A stretch of DNA of 63,022 bases, the filler included, from Platydemus manokwari (Eukaryota): assembly GCA_037951405.1 (NCBI GenBank). It is 5 parts of 5 records of this genome, joined end to end, with 100 filler letters (N's around TTAATTAATTAA, not from the genome) between each part and the next. Parts side by side here need not be neighbours in the genome. Positions count along the whole stretch, not along the records: positions 20,031 to 43,395 come from JBBMOY011100330.1; positions 43,496 to 52,927 come from JBBMOY011250096.1; 3 more parts are not named here. The stretch is one strand, 5' to 3'. A program made the translations under genes and the position numbers. The notes below the pieces were generated by a model that was given only the letters and a program-made list of their open reading frames with translations, was not told where the DNA came from and searched no databases. Below are positions 38,501-53,027 of the stretch, piece after piece. How positions within the stretch are numbered: position 1 is the stretch's first letter; each line of letters begins with the position of its first letter.

Positions 38501-41500
38501 AGAAGAATTGTTAGACAATTCCGCACTGATATCTTCAACTATATTGTTATTTAACGAATTAACTATGGAATCATTGACAACAGAATCATCAATATTAGAT
38601 AAAGAAATATTATTCCCAATTTCTGTTGATACAACACAAGTTTCTTCACTGTCAATTGGAGATATGTGGCAAGCAGATTCATTTCGAGATTCTATCACTG
38701 TATCATTATTATTCTCGCAATATAAACCATGATAATTGTCAGCAACAATAATTATCTCATTAGAAGAACTATTATTGATGCACTTTCTATCTATTTCATT
38801 CACTGTTATCGATTTTTCCAGATCTTGTAAATCACCTTCAGAATCTGTTGTCACTGAACCACCTATTAATGGTGGTCCAGAAATATCAGATTGATAACTG
38901 GAAAATTCGCAACCAATCGAACTAGATTGATCGGATTTTAACAGGTTAGTAGACAACAATGATGATGATGTTTCATTGGATACCACAGTGTTCGTGACTT
39001 TTGAACTAAAAGATTCTTTATCACTTTCATTTTCATTTGTTGTCTCAATGCTTTCAGTGACAAAACTGGCAGACAATTTACCATAATTGATATCATGCTT
39101 GATAATGGCATCATTTGTGAATGAATATTCATCACAATATTCATCACACATTCGATCTGTTGCACTCGAATCATCACTATCAGAATTGATATTTTCATTT
39201 CTATTTTTCAACAAATCTTTTCCCTTTAATATCGCTATATCGTCGGAATCATTATTTAGCATTGTGAAAATATCATTCTCGTCTTTATAATTCCTGGTTT
39301 TTGTTGATGATTTTTTCTTTTTGGATTGACTGACTCTTATATTGGATCTTTTCTTACGAGAACTAGGAAGATTATGTGAAGGTGTTATCAGATGATTTTT
39401 ATCAACATCAGATAAAAATAGGTCATCTAAAGAATCAACATTGGTTAAATCATCTGATTCATTGGTCTGAGACATTTTGGTCGTTCGACTAGATTTTGTT
39501 TTTGTCACTCTGCTTTTGATAACACTTTTTGTGGATTTTTTACAAGTAGATATAAGAGGTGACGATAAATCAACAGTTTTTATTTCGTCCAAGTTACTTT
39601 CCATGACAGGGTGTAAAGTCGTTAAAATATCTAGCTCTGCAAATCGCAGAACATGAATCAAACCACTATCTAAACTTATAGCAACCCAACCAGTTGCAGA
39701 TATATTAGGATTGATTGCTATAGATTTGATGGTAGGATATTTAATAATATCATAGATATCGTACAATTTTAATAGATCAGACTAGATAAAGAATAAAATA
39801 ATTGTTATTGCATGATATTAACAATAAAAACCTTTTGTTTACAATCAATAAGGATTTCTCCATCTTTGCCAGATACACATCGATAGTAACAAATATCCTA
39901 AACAAAACACAATCATTAATCCAATCATCGCTTTTTGAAACTGATTCCATTAATAATTATAACATCATATTAGAGATTTAGTAGATTTCATTCTGAAATT
40001 GTGATTACAAGAAATGTCGATATTATTATATTGGAACAATTGTTTAAAACTAAAAATTATTCAATAATTTCCTTATTATTATTTGAAGCCATTATTATAA
40101 GGTAATACCGTAGTTATCAGCAAAATTACTTCAAGAAAATGATCAAGAATACTAAAAAATAAAATGGACAAAAAGATTTTCGGAACCTCATTTACTCGTT
40201 TAGTCAAAGAGTCCAATTTAATAGGCTAGTTGAATAAAACCAAAACCAAACAATATTAAACTGAGACGAGAAGATTTCAATAAATTCTTTAATAAATGAT
40301 TTCTTTGGGATAAATTTGTTCAGTGTTTAATGAAATGATTTTTTTGGCGACTGAGATTAAATTTCTGATTTAATATGTGATTGGTTAGAAAATCAATAAT
40401 TATACAACATAAACTACGTTATAAGATAAACGTTATAATATCATCAAAATATAATCGTATGAATTTTAAATCGAATAATAATTATTACAAAATTTCAAAC
40501 TTACAACAGGAACATGAGATAAATCAATAGAATCATCTGAATCAACAAGAGCCCGTATAACATCGGGATGATTGAGAGAAATCATCAACAATGATCCAGA
40601 TTCTGTTGATACTAATATCGAATTGAGAGCATCACAGAATGAGAATAGCTATATCAAAATTATTTTCTAATCAATTTAAATTGTTCAAATCTACTGTAAT
40701 GCCACAAATCGGTATAATAGCAATATCATGTGTCAAGATGGATTTGATGATTATTTTATCGGTTGTTTGTGGTACAGATATGAGAATATCTCCTCTTTTA
40801 GGCCATAAGACTGAATGAAATGGTGATCTTTTCATAAATACATCAACGGGTTGGTTTCGAGATGTCATGTCAACATTGAGATTTGTTATACCTTCATAAT
40901 TGGGAGCAACTATTCAATGGTAAAATGTATCTAAAGCCATAAATATATTGCAAATTATCCAACCTGTAACGTTAAACTGTTGCCAATTGACTGAGAAAGA
41001 AACGTTAATCACTGAGCTATAACTTATTCGTTTTTTAAATATTGGACTCAAATAATGATGTTCATAATCATATCGAGTATGATGAGCGCACGAAAGATCA
41101 TAAATTGCAACGAAACCTATAGAAAAATTGTCATTTGTATATTAATAGACATTAATTAGAATAAAGCCAATTCAATTTTTTGCCGAAAATTTAAAGAAAT
41201 TTATTTATAATTTCAAATCAGAATACTGCAAATACAAATACGAAATATCTAATAATAGTACGATTATCATTAATAAGGAATTAATAAGTTGTTAATCAAC
41301 AAATAATTAATTATTATCGTTTAATAATTTATGAAAATAAACAAACAATTTTATCTCTATAATATTGAAAACAAATTCATATTTGTATCATTGAAAGAGT
41401 TATCAATATAATCATTATTAATTATTTATCCCTTCTCTAACCCAATATGTCCCAATACATAATCAACATCATTAGATCCATTTATAATAATAATAATAAT

Positions 41501-43141
41501 ATTACACCAATTATATTTGATTCCATTTAACATTTTTAGAAATTTTCAATAAACATCCAAGAGAAATATTTCATAAAATCAATACCAAAATCATATATAT
41601 TTCCCAATCAAACAAACAATATTAATGGTGAATGTAATAAACTGACTCAAATAATCTCTTTCAAATTTCGTCAATTTTCGGCAATCAAGTAATCAAATCA
41701 AACATTATAATCATTTTGGGAGAATAAAATTTATGAAATAAATATTTTTAATCAAGAATTCAAATTCGAATTTCTAGACAAGCTTGGTAAATTAAAATGG
41801 AAAAATCATTTGAATGGATATAATTATATAATCATTATTATTATTATTTCCCATAATATATTGGAAATACAAACATGGATTTCATTTGATTTAAAGAATA
41901 AATTATATAATTATTAATACCTGTCGAATATCCAACCAATAATTTCGATGAGAACTGACCCTTCCAATCAATACATGTTGGATATCCAAATTGAATTATT
42001 GTATCTAAATCAAATGAAATTTCTTTGATATTCGTTATGATAACACAAACCATTGACGTGCGACGTGCTGATACCCAGCATCATAACATGGTTGGGATCA
42101 ATTTTTACTAAAGGTGGCTCATTGGGTTTTGATGCATAATCAATGAACTTTTTTAATTGATCATCGGAAAAATTGGCAACGGGAATTATGCGCAAAAATG
42201 CATCTTTACAGGAAATCAATAAATGCCCATACAATTCTTGAGGTGTTTCGTTGCTGTTAGTTTTATAAGGACATGATTTGACATTATTTATATTCACTTG
42301 ATCAGGAGATATCCAAACCATATTGGTAATTTCGCCCCAATCATGGATTAAACTATATTTCAGATTGGGTTTCAATGGTCTAGAACGTGATTTCAAAATC
42401 AACATTAGTTAGTGAAGATTATGTTAATAAAGAACATCAAACTAACAGATTTTTAACAGATCCATAATCAAAAATATGTATCGAATGACAAGATTCAATT
42501 TCTTTTGGACTATTGAATGGTTTATCTTTAAAATCTAAACCCATTGAACACGCAAGAATCTGATTATCAGATACCAAATTTGGACACCAACAAAGATGCG
42601 TGATTGACTTACCAACATTGATATAACCTTCTTCCATTTTAAGTGGTGTTAAATTTCGAATAACATGATCATCATTGCAGAAAGATTTTATAATTTGGTT
42701 ATCAAAAGATTGCAAATCATCACAATTCCTATTTATGAATTAATATTGAAACCAAATTACAATTTTCACTTTGAATTAATTCCAGACCATGCTAATTTAC
42801 TGGGAAAAACTAAATTCTGGCGATATCCCAAACTCAGACGTTCAAATTCCCAAATTTCTCTATAAAAATTTTTATATGAATTAAAAATACTATTTATATG
42901 CTACTTTGCATATTCAAGAAATGGGCTCATAAATTTTTCAAACTGCAATTTATCTTGAATGTATTTTTTAAAATAATAATTTTGAATATCATCACATGAT
43001 GATGATAGTTGCCATTTTGAACAATTTTTAAAAAATGGAACTAAAATATTATCAATTTCATGTGCATGAGCCGAGTCTAAACATTGAAGTTATAATATAA
43101 TAGTATTTTTAAATTGACATACCAAGAATTACATTATCCAT
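32576..43141 (-). CDS. GTF3C2: General transcription factor IIIC subunit 2 (TFIIIC110)-like WD40 protein with giant C-terminal extension; predicted 11 exons, 2919 aa
   Basis: Hand-built GT-AG model that stays in phase: 43141-43123, 43076-42905, 42859-42770, 42728-42447, 42379-42051, 42004-41921, 41116-40964, 40909-40695, 40648-40505, 39897-39832, 39781-32576 (8760 nt). Motifs ITHLCWCP, HDWGEITNMVW, GHLLISCKD, LLVGYSTGFVAIYDL and IKSIAINPNISATGWVAISLDSGLIHV parallel GTF3C2, whose last blade reads about [22 protein letters not shown]. Minus-strand AATAAA at ~32401-32406. Confidence 0.75.
34255..35040 (-). repeat. Coding tandem repeat, about 7 units of 105-120 bp (35-40 aa)
   Basis: HQSNDLHLDSKHVPEENLMK(DEYIA)EFLNEESYDGNAGL(P)S repeated. 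The GCAAATCATT.CTCT anchor recurs at ~34906, 34801, 34696, 34588 and 34468; all length differences are multiples of 3. Confidence 0.95.
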
Positions 43142-43395
43142 AAAAAAAATCTTAAATTTATATAAATATTTAAAGTTTTTTAAATGTTTAATTTAAATAA
43201 ACACAATTTCTTCTTAATTTCTAATAAATTTATTTTATTTTAAGCATAATAAAGGTTTTTAAATGAGTTTTTAGATAAATAGCAAATTATGAAAATTTCG
43301 TCACGTTATTTATGTAGTAAAATGGTTTCTATAGGTATATGTCATTAAGGATTAACACATTTTTTTTTACTTTTGAATGAAAAAGTAATATTGAA

Positions 43396-43495
43396 NNNNN
43401 NNNNNNNNNNNNNNNNNNNNNNNNNNNNNNNNNNNNNNNTTAATTAATTAANNNNNNNNNNNNNNNNNNNNNNNNNNNNNNNNNNNNNNNNNNNN
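43396..43495. other. Artificial assembly spacer
   Basis: N44-TTAATTAATTAA-N44. Confidence 0.97.
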
Positions 43496-46119
43496 AAAGG
43501 AAGCATTAAAATAATAATTATTATAATAGTTAGTTAATAAGCTTGTAAGAAAAAAAACCCAATAAATAATTCCTCTTACAACGAATATTAATTTAAATTC
43601 AACCTCGATAAATAGGAAATACTTGACATTTATTTAACCCAACGACAAAAATATTCTATTTATAAAAAATATCTATTGAATAAAATAAAATAATTACTTG
43701 CATTATTATCTGGCTCATCAAAAAAAAATAATTCTTCTATAAAATATTTCAATTGAATAGAATTAAATAAAAGCTTTTTGTTAATAATAACAATGGCGAA
43801 CTTTATGAAATAGAAATCCCTATACTGAGAATAATAAACCCGAATAAATCAGGAAATTGTAAAAAACAATACATTCGCATTAAATGGAAATTAACCATGA
43901 ATAAACGACCATATAAATAGGCTTACAACAGTTAGTTTCGTAAATCGCCTGTTACAAAAGAAAGCCCGTATTAGAAACCAATAAACCCAGTAGTTCAGTT
44001 ATTTGAAATCTGTGAATTCGAACAGTTGTGTAAGCCATCCAGCCAACCAAATTCCTCAAATATCTTCGACAAATATATTCCCTTTGAAAAACTGGAAGAT
44101 TAATTTGATATTGATAAAGTCCAATCAAACGCTGATAAGAAACCCATAAGCATTTGAACAATTGTAAAATTATCAATTATTTTTCTATATTTATCTATGA
44201 ATATTTACAAACATTGAGATACATCGATAACGCGAGAGATGCAAGAAAATTCGCTAACAAATTGATGTGCGAAATGCTTTAAGGTATGAAAGGTAAAGCC
44301 TTGAGACATCATGTGAACACACTCAATAAATCTATAAAAGAAGTTGGATCTCACAAGGATTTGTCAGCCATTTTGGTCTGTAACTTTTATTGTGTGTGAC
44401 TTACGTGATTTTCTCTCAACTAGTCTGTGTTTGTTATTTTTGTCGTTGTTTAATTTGCGGGTGCTTATCCACCTTGTGGTGATTATTAATTGATAATTAA
44501 AAGTGTGATTTTGGTTCGAGGTTGTTTGGCGATTTGGTTTTCTGTATATTATTATGATCATTAATTACAGTTTTGGCACATAGCTTCAGCTAATATCGTA
44601 CTAGCGTGAAAGTTACTAGTCTTGTGAATGAAGATTAGTGAAATGTATTATGGTATATTATACCGAATTTTAATCTTAAACAAAACTTTTTCTAACAATA
44701 ATTTGACAAAACTAATACAACTTTCAATTCTGGATTGGAAATAAAAGTTTATTTATCCATGATTGACGAACAAAGTGATGTATGAAAATATATTGGATAT
44801 TACAATGAACAAAATCAAGAACACTCAAATTTCCAATTACGCCGGAAATAACCGAAAGTATTTCTCAAATTATTGCATTTTGCAATTAGGCAATGCTGTT
44901 GGGCTTTCCAGATATACTGCTTCAAGTGTTTTAAGAGTTTCCTAAAGTGCTTTGCAAATCTGTATCCAGTTTGTTTATGTATCTATGGTTTTATGCGAAT
45001 GTAATCATGCCAGAATTTTCAAATTTTGTTTGTTTGTATTTAATTGGTCATTACAAATTAAATTCAAAAATTAAACAAATTCAAGAAAATAGCCAATGTT
45101 AAAGCTTTGTAAATTCGAATAAGGAAGTTGGCCTTGATGATATGCTTCCACTTTATTGAAACAAAAGTTTTCCATCAGAAATTTGTGATTCAAATAAAAA
45201 TGTATCTAGTGCTTATTAATTTTGATCAAAGAATATTCGAACCAATGATAATCGTGGTGATCAATTTTTAATAAGCTTTCACTAGAAATTCATCTAACAA
45301 TATTTACACTTTATTTTATTGAAAATTTTCACAATTAAAATAAGGAGTAAATAATTTAAAATGTACAAATAGAGTTATTTTTGAAAATAGACAGATTTCA
45401 TATAAAAACCATTACTGCTCATTTAATTGTGTGTGTTAAAAATTATTTAGGTTTATATAAAAATGCTAGGATAATAATCGTATGATCTATAAATTGAGTT
45501 TGAAGGGTGTGATTAAATAAAAATTACTATCAGAAGGTTCCTAAAATTCTAATGTCATCGAATTCAAATCATATACAAAGTTGTTGTCGATTAGTCGGTT
45601 AAAATAAGAAATATGATAATGAAATAATAGTAATAGATAGCAATACAATTATCGTATTACAATATTTTCTGGATTTATTAATAGGTTCATAATAATAAGC
45701 TAGTATGGAAGGTAGGTAGCTCAATACTTAGATACTGATCCATAATTCACATGTATTTCTTTACTAGAATGTTACTAAGTCTGGAAGCATTTGTATAATT
45801 TCAGCTATTTCTATTTTTGGTTATTGTACTATATTTAGTAACATCATTTAATAATTCTGTGTATATGTTTATATTCGTCAATAAGAATATTTGTGTTTAT
45901 ACTTGTCATTATTTGATGATAATAAATCCAGAGATAAAATAACCACCTAAATGTTCGACAATTTAAACTCTATAAAAATGAAATATTTATATTTTCCAAA
46001 AAATGATCAGATAATAAAATATATAATAAATTGATTAGATTAAGGTAGTGATGTAGTCCTTTTCTTTAGATTAGTTTCTTAGTCCTTACTTTTAGAAGAA
46101 ATCGAATACAATCTCAAAT

Positions 46120-46215
46120 AAACCAATTTATTAACCCATTGGTGGATTCGAACCCACAGCCATTTCTCACACATATTATCGTCGATCATCACTAGCCCAT
46201 TATCTGGCGTTGTTA
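46120..46215 (-). repeat. tRNA-derived SINE head or degenerate tRNA with Pol III B-box
   Basis: Minus strand GTGGGTTCGAATCCAC (perfect B-box in a T-arm stem-loop, ~46142-46157) with an A-box-like TGGGCTAGTGA about 45 nt upstream. No full cloverleaf. Confidence 0.5.
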
Positions 46216-46327
46216 CAGCATTTTTTGTTTTAAACCAGCATATCCCTCACGATCAATAATGAAATTCAAATTATTAATTTCTAAAGATCTCTTATTGACA
46301 CATTTATTACATGAATGAAAATCGATT

Positions 46328-49084
46328 TTAGTACAAAGCTGTAAACAACACATCAATCGTTTCCAAATCGTATTTCATCAACTTCCTCTGAAGCTGAGAC
46401 AAATTTATTGATTTCCATTCAACAGGACATTGATTTTCCACTTGTGAATATGTGACTGTTAATTGATATTTCGGTGCATCTGTTTTGCCGGTGAAATTGA
46501 GCAACCAACGACCATTTTTCGACAACACAATAATAGCAACATGAACATCATCTTCCAATGTTTTCTGGCAATTTGTCAATCGCAAATCGACCAATTGCCA
46601 TGTGTGCTTGATAGTGGCCAATTTACCAATCACATCAATTTTGAAATTCCAAATCTAGAAAACAAATTTTCAGTTACAATCGTGATGACTCATCGACTAT
46701 GTGTGCCATTGGTAAATGTTGGGCATCAAATAAAAATGAGAAAACCACAAAACATTATCGATAATATTGACTAAATTCTGATTGATTTATAAGTAGTATT
46801 TTATAATAAAATTAATATCAACTGATAAAATTTTAAAAATGTGTTACCGAACATATATAATTAGATCTCATTATGTTTGAGTTGGATTGAAAAAATAAAT
46901 AATTAAAAGTTGCTGACTAATTTTTAAGTAATACTAAATCAAGATTAGCCAATGGTGGTTGAGTATTTTTTCGGGTACTAATAACAATAAATTAGATCAA
47001 TTATTCAACATCAATGTTTGAAATAATTCATTTTACTTGAACAATTAGTAGAGTTATTCTATTAATTAATCAACCAATCAAATCAAAGAAAAAATTGTTA
47101 CAAAATATAAGCTTTGAAAATGTTAATGAAATAATGGTTCACTGATTTTTCATGAAAATGATCCAATAAAAATCAAACTCACCTGGCTCTGAAAAAATGA
47201 TCTCAAAACATCGACATCGATTGTTTCGTAAACTAGATTGTGTCTGATCCGATCAGAAATAATGTTCAAATAAGTTGTTCCTTTAGAAACGCTGAGAATG
47301 AGAGTGAAATAGTGTTGCAAACTGTTGTATGTCGTGCAGCTGATAATGACTGAAATGTTACAATTGAGCATGGACTGAGTCGATTGGATGTGATTGGTCA
47401 CAGAAATACTACCGCTACAGCCCTGAGAAATCTCATCCAGTATGGATAAGAGGCTGAAAACGTCAACGATTGGATCAAAAAGATAGCTTAACATTTCAAA
47501 TTACTCACTCAACGCGAGCTTTGTAAAATGCGATTGCATCGAGCAACGACGGTAATAAGAACACGACATGACACTGCTCAGCCGGAGCAAAATCAATCGC
47601 TCGATAGAACTGTGTGCCTCGATACCTCTGATTAATCGGTATTTGCACAGGACCAGCAATGGGATTGGCCAATGAAAAATGAGCACAAGAATTCGATCGA
47701 TGTTTCTCTCTCAATAGGTCACGTAAAAATGTGATCATCGCATCCGAGAACAGGCTGTATTGATTGATTGTAAGTTCATTTTTCTTACGCAACTCCAACA
47801 ATTCCTCTGTCACTTTATCATTATATCCAAACCAATGCTTTTCAGGCAATATTAAAAAATCTATTTCAAGATTCATCATTCCCTTCAACTGATGATGATC
47901 ATTATTATCAGAATTTATATTATAATTCCTAACATACATTTATAACAAGCCGATTTTCTTTAACTAAAACAGGACAATTCAATGTACGCGATTCCCAGCA
48001 CATTGTACTAAATATTTCATGGAGAAAGAGCAAACTTTGTGCACGATTCAACTTGTCGACTTGAAGTTTACATTCTTTAGCTTCGGGTAGTTCTTGAAAT
48101 GATAGGAATTCGTGGCTCTCCAATAAACTATCGTTAATTCTGACCTTCAACAATGGTTCCCCTTCTTGGTTATTCATCAAAATAATCTAGAAAATAAATC
48201 TATTTAATGTACTTAGCAATCTACCAATCATATATAAAGAAAATTCACACAAAAATACCTTTAGGTTTTGTAAATCTAACTCATGCTTGTTATCAATACT
48301 ATCGCTATCTTCTAATTCTTCGAGAATTTGAAATCCTCCATTTTCTGGAAACGAAGAACCACAACTTGTCAGCCCTAAATCACCAACCAGATGTTTTTGA
48401 AACCATTTAATTCTCCATTCTCTGCGTAGTGTTGCCAAATCAGAATAAAAGGAATTTTGTTGATTTTGATCCCTTATCGATGAAAGAGTTTTAGATAGTC
48501 GAACCGTACTGCTTAATAAAGTTGCAGCACTTGCAGCTAAACCCTAAATGGATAGTATTAAACATCAAGTTTCTTGTTCATATTCACCATCTTCTTGGCA
48601 GCAATATAACTATTGACATTATCCTCGTGATTTTCTTTAACAAACTTTTTCATTTGCATATAAGTGTTGTCCTTCAAAACTTGCAAGATATCTATCAATG
48701 CATTTGTTTCATTGAGTGTAGTTCTGTCATTTAAACATGAATAAATGTGATGAATTTTATTTTCATTAATTACGTAATGTGCTTCTTAAGATTCTCAGTG
48801 ATATTCAATTGAAGCGTTTCAACTGATTCTGATTCCTCGTCCATAAACTGAAAATCAGGTGTTGTGTAATCTAGAGTTTTCCCATTTAGCTTTTTGAAGT
48901 CAATTTTACTTGTTAACTGTATAAACTCTTCATTTGGATTAAGAGGTCTATTGAATATTGTAAACAAAATATTTTTCACCATAATTACCATTTACTTTTC
49001 TTGATTTTCAACTCCTTCAAAGCTGTAATTTGTTATTTCATTTTCTGAAATAGGTTCAAAAGCTATTAATTTATATCTATTCAT
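46328..49084 (-). CDS. MED17: Mediator of RNA polymerase II transcription subunit 17; predicted 8 exons, ~636 aa
   Basis: In-phase GT-AG model: 49084-48996, 48947-48774, 48723-48588, 48543-48259, 48186-47938, 47888-47509, 47453-47183, 46654-46328. MED17 motifs: PLNPNEEFIQLTSKIDF, FYSDLATLRREWRIK..HLVGDLGLTSCGSSFPENGGF and KLNRAQSLLFLHEIF. Confidence 0.9.
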
Positions 49085-52000
49085 AAATAAATTTGAAAAC
49101 TATTATTAAAACAAGAAAGGATTTTGCGTATATAATCACTTTAATTAATTATTTATTATTTTCAATTATTTATTTGCCAAACACTTTAGTAAAATATTAA
49201 TTCAATTGATAAAATTATAAAAATTTATTTTATTGCTTTTAAACTCTTGTGAATGTAAATAATCTTTAAAAATCATTATTCGATTTCTCTTAAAATCAGA
49301 GAATCTCGAATATAATTGTCAGTCTGAATGCAAGGTCATCAAAAATAAATTTTAGTTGATCATATTATTAACATAACTTAGATGACATTAGATTTACAGA
49401 GTTCACTTCATTTTACAACAGGCAACATACAAAGATAACCATATGAACCGAGAGCTAGAAGAGAATATGTGAATGGTTTCTGCTAAGAAAATATATAAAG
49501 CTATAAGACAAATCTATAAAAGAATTGGATTTAGCGAGGAACTCCCAATCTTTCATGGTCGGTAACTTTCAATTTGTCTTATTCTTTTTGCGTGATCAAT
49601 ATTCTGACCAACCCTTTATGATGGTTATTTCCTTCGTTTTTATCTTTTGTTGCAGATCCTATTGTAATTTGATTATTAACTCAATTTAGTGAGCGTGATT
49701 TAGAGTGCGAATATGAACAAATTTATTTTAATACGTAATGTTGTAATTTTAATTACATTTTTAAATATTCAATGTAAGTGGATACCTATCATTAGATTGA
49801 ATATATCTACCTATGTCTAACAAGTATCGATAGAATAAATACAATACTCAATTTTAAATATCACATAATCACTAAATAAGCTCTTTCAGAACAATTATGC
49901 CAAACGTATAAGGATATAGCTTCATTCACACAATTTTTAATTCTAAATCAATTTTAATTAATGTTGTTTTATTTCTTTTTCTCTTTTTAACGCCAAAGTC
50001 GTTGAGTTTAAAAGTTTTTGAAATCATAAATGAATTTTTATAAAAATTATTAATCACGAGTTATAATTGCTATAATTTTATATATAATTATTATTACTGT
50101 TATCTATTATTATCTATTATCTACTTTATAAGTAAAAATCAAATCAAAGGCAGGATACAAACATTAAAAATATTTTATATATTATTATTCAATACAACAG
50201 CAATTTGCAAAATTGTGCAAAAGACTGATAAAAAATCACGTAATTGTACTTTTGGAAAGCGATATATTTAACTTTATATACTCCAACGAAGATAATGTGT
50301 TAGGGTAAAACCGTTGAGAGACTGAGATACAACTCGGTAAATAGAAATATCGTGGGTTTTAAAATTCGGTTTTGGAATGACTTACACTGACTATACTCGG
50401 TTTTTCAGTTACGAAAACTGAACATAGACAGATTACTGATCACTTGAACGGAACAACCTTCTCTCTTTGATGGAATTATGAAATGGTACAATTGTGGTAT
50501 CGTGTAAATGTGTGTGTCTTATCTCAAAAGATTTTATCTTTCAATCAATGGCTTTGTTTGCGAATCTTCATGGTGTTGTATTTTCGACTTTAAAATCGTG
50601 TTTATTTTTAGCTCTTGATTAAGTATTTTCTGTTAGATTGAATTTCTTATATATTTCCTACTTTCTCGACCAACTAATGGTTCGGTTTTGTTTGATTTTT
50701 GTTCCCGTCAATATGTTTTGTCAGTTTATTTAATAAATTTTTTGATCTCCATAAATATTGCCGACCAATTTTTCATTGAGACGAAAATTGGTTTCGTTAG
50801 AAATTCTTAATCGATATATTTGATTTAAAATTGTATTCGAAAAAGAAACGAATTCATAATGACGGCGATATTGTTTGAGAGCTGTAGCCAATGATGTTTA
50901 TGAATACCCAACAATACCAATGATTTGGTTGCTTAAAAAGTTTCCCATTGGTTTGGAATTGGGATTATATTGAAATTTGGTTTCATATTGTCTTGACCTG
51001 TTTTATATGGTTGAAATATTATTGAAAAATATTTATAAAATAAATCCAATTAATGTAGATATGCGTTTAAATGTTAGAGAATTTTTTTCCTAACCTTATC
51101 ACAAACAGATTTGTCGATTAAAATTCATGGTTTGATTATTGGTTTAGTATGAAAACGAAATAGAAAGTAGTATGCAATTTGTTGTTTTGTTATTAAAGTG
51201 TAAATTGATTAACAAAATTCCTCAGGACAAATTGCGTTTCACATGTTTTTTTTCTAGATTTGTTTTACTCGGTTTTAGTTGTGTCATGTTTTAAATAATG
51301 TTAGAATGACATTCAAGGAAGAAATAATTGAGATTGTTAATAATTTGAAATGTCATAAAGATGGGTCATGGTTTTTGTAGTCATTTCCTGACACTAGGAT
51401 TATATATTGGTTCGGCTGAACGTTTTTTTGCATTTTCGTACTTGTATTATCGGAACAGTATATTCCGTAAACGTTGTTTATTTGAAATGTGTCGATTAAT
51501 TTATACTTTTATTCGATATTTATAGTTTATTGTTAAATAAAATTTAACATTAAATTTTGGTAATTTTATTATTTATTTTCGACCGTTTTAAGATAACGAT
51601 CATACTAATAGAAACGCTCATATATGATAGGTTAATATAAAATTTTAGTAGCTTTTTTGATTCTTGTGATTTTAACTATCTTTTCGGCCAGGTTTTAATA
51701 AATTTTTCATTGAAAAAATAGAACATTTCTTACATTTAATTCTCATTCATTAAACAAGAATATTTTGATTCATTTGGATATTTAGTCCGTAAACGTTAAA
51801 CTTCTAATCATACTAACAGCGTTTTATTTAAAAATCATTGGAACGTTTGATTTTCTTTAGCTGTGTGCTTGTACATTGGACATGGTTGAATTGGTTTATC
51901 ATTTGAATTGGCTGTCATATGTCAACTTGAGTGCCAGCAAATTACGTGATGATATTATTTTGATATTGAATTTCAACGATAATATATGATGATTGTCACT

Positions 52001-52927
52001 TACTGTATAAAGCGACCGTTTGAAAGAACTTTTTACATTTCCTGTTAATTTCAAATAGACCGAAAAACTGAAACTCACTAATTATATTCACTTTTATTTT
52101 TATCATAATTTCTGATTTTATTGCCGTTATTAGAAATTGAGGCCAAATATTTTCTGGAGTTTTGTTAATTTTATTTTAAGGTATTAATAGTGATATTTAA
52201 AATTACAGTGAAAACAATGATTTATCAAAAAAATAATAATGGTAATAATATTTAAAAATATTTATTTTTGAAAATATGATTACAAAAGAGATTTCAAGCT
52301 CTATATCGATTTTAATAAATCATTGTAAATTTACATTTTCATGAAAGTTTTTATCTATCAGATTGATTGAATTTTGGTGAAAATTCGATTGAATCTGGAA
52401 GTTATATCAAAGATTATTTTAATTTTTATTTAATTTAAGTGGTTTTTTTAAAAATATTTTCTCGATATTTGTTACAGCTGCAGTTGATTGATAAAACAGT
52501 GAGTGAATTGGAAGAATTACGTTTGGTTTAATATCATTTAGAGAATTTAAAAGTTTCTCTTTCTGAAATGCTTATTATCACTTTAATAAATGTAATTAAA
52601 TTTGATTGGCTGCATATTAACTAAGATAATATTTTACTAATCGAAAATCCATTGGCATCCTTAAGTCAACAGTTAAAATTATTTTGTCAATTTCCACTCG
52701 TTCATTATTAAATGCAAATTGAATCCTTGATCTCATTCATAATTCTCGTTGTTTTTCTCTGTTTATAATTATTTAATTTTAATAAACTCCGTTAATATTA
52801 TTATGACAATCAAATTGCATTAAATGTATGATTAAAATATTATTATAGTTAGATAAATCTTAGCTATTCGATTTGTTAAATATTCTCAATAACGTGGTTT
52901 TTCAAATTTAATAAATTGTTATAAAAT

Positions 52928-53027
52928 NNNNNNNNNNNNNNNNNNNNNNNNNNNNNNNNNNNNNNNNNNNNTTAATTAATTAANNNNNNNNNNNNNNNNN
53001 NNNNNNNNNNNNNNNNNNNNNNNNNNN
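52928..53027. other. Artificial assembly spacer
   Basis: N44-TTAATTAATTAA-N44. Confidence 0.97.

Noticed and set aside
33366-39290. Plus-strand and alternate-frame ORFs overlapping the giant exon (e.g. 34576-35043, 37515-38108)
   Set aside because: Shadow ORFs produced by the codon bias and repeats of the real minus-strand frame.
32576-39766. Treating the 2396-aa ORF as a stand-alone gene
   Set aside because: It starts at TTG; an in-phase splice acceptor at 39782-39783 joins it to the upstream WD40 exons.
47487-47508. Apparent 22-nt MED17 intron
   Set aside because: A better acceptor (ttttcag, 47454-47455) in the same phase gives a normal 55-nt intron.
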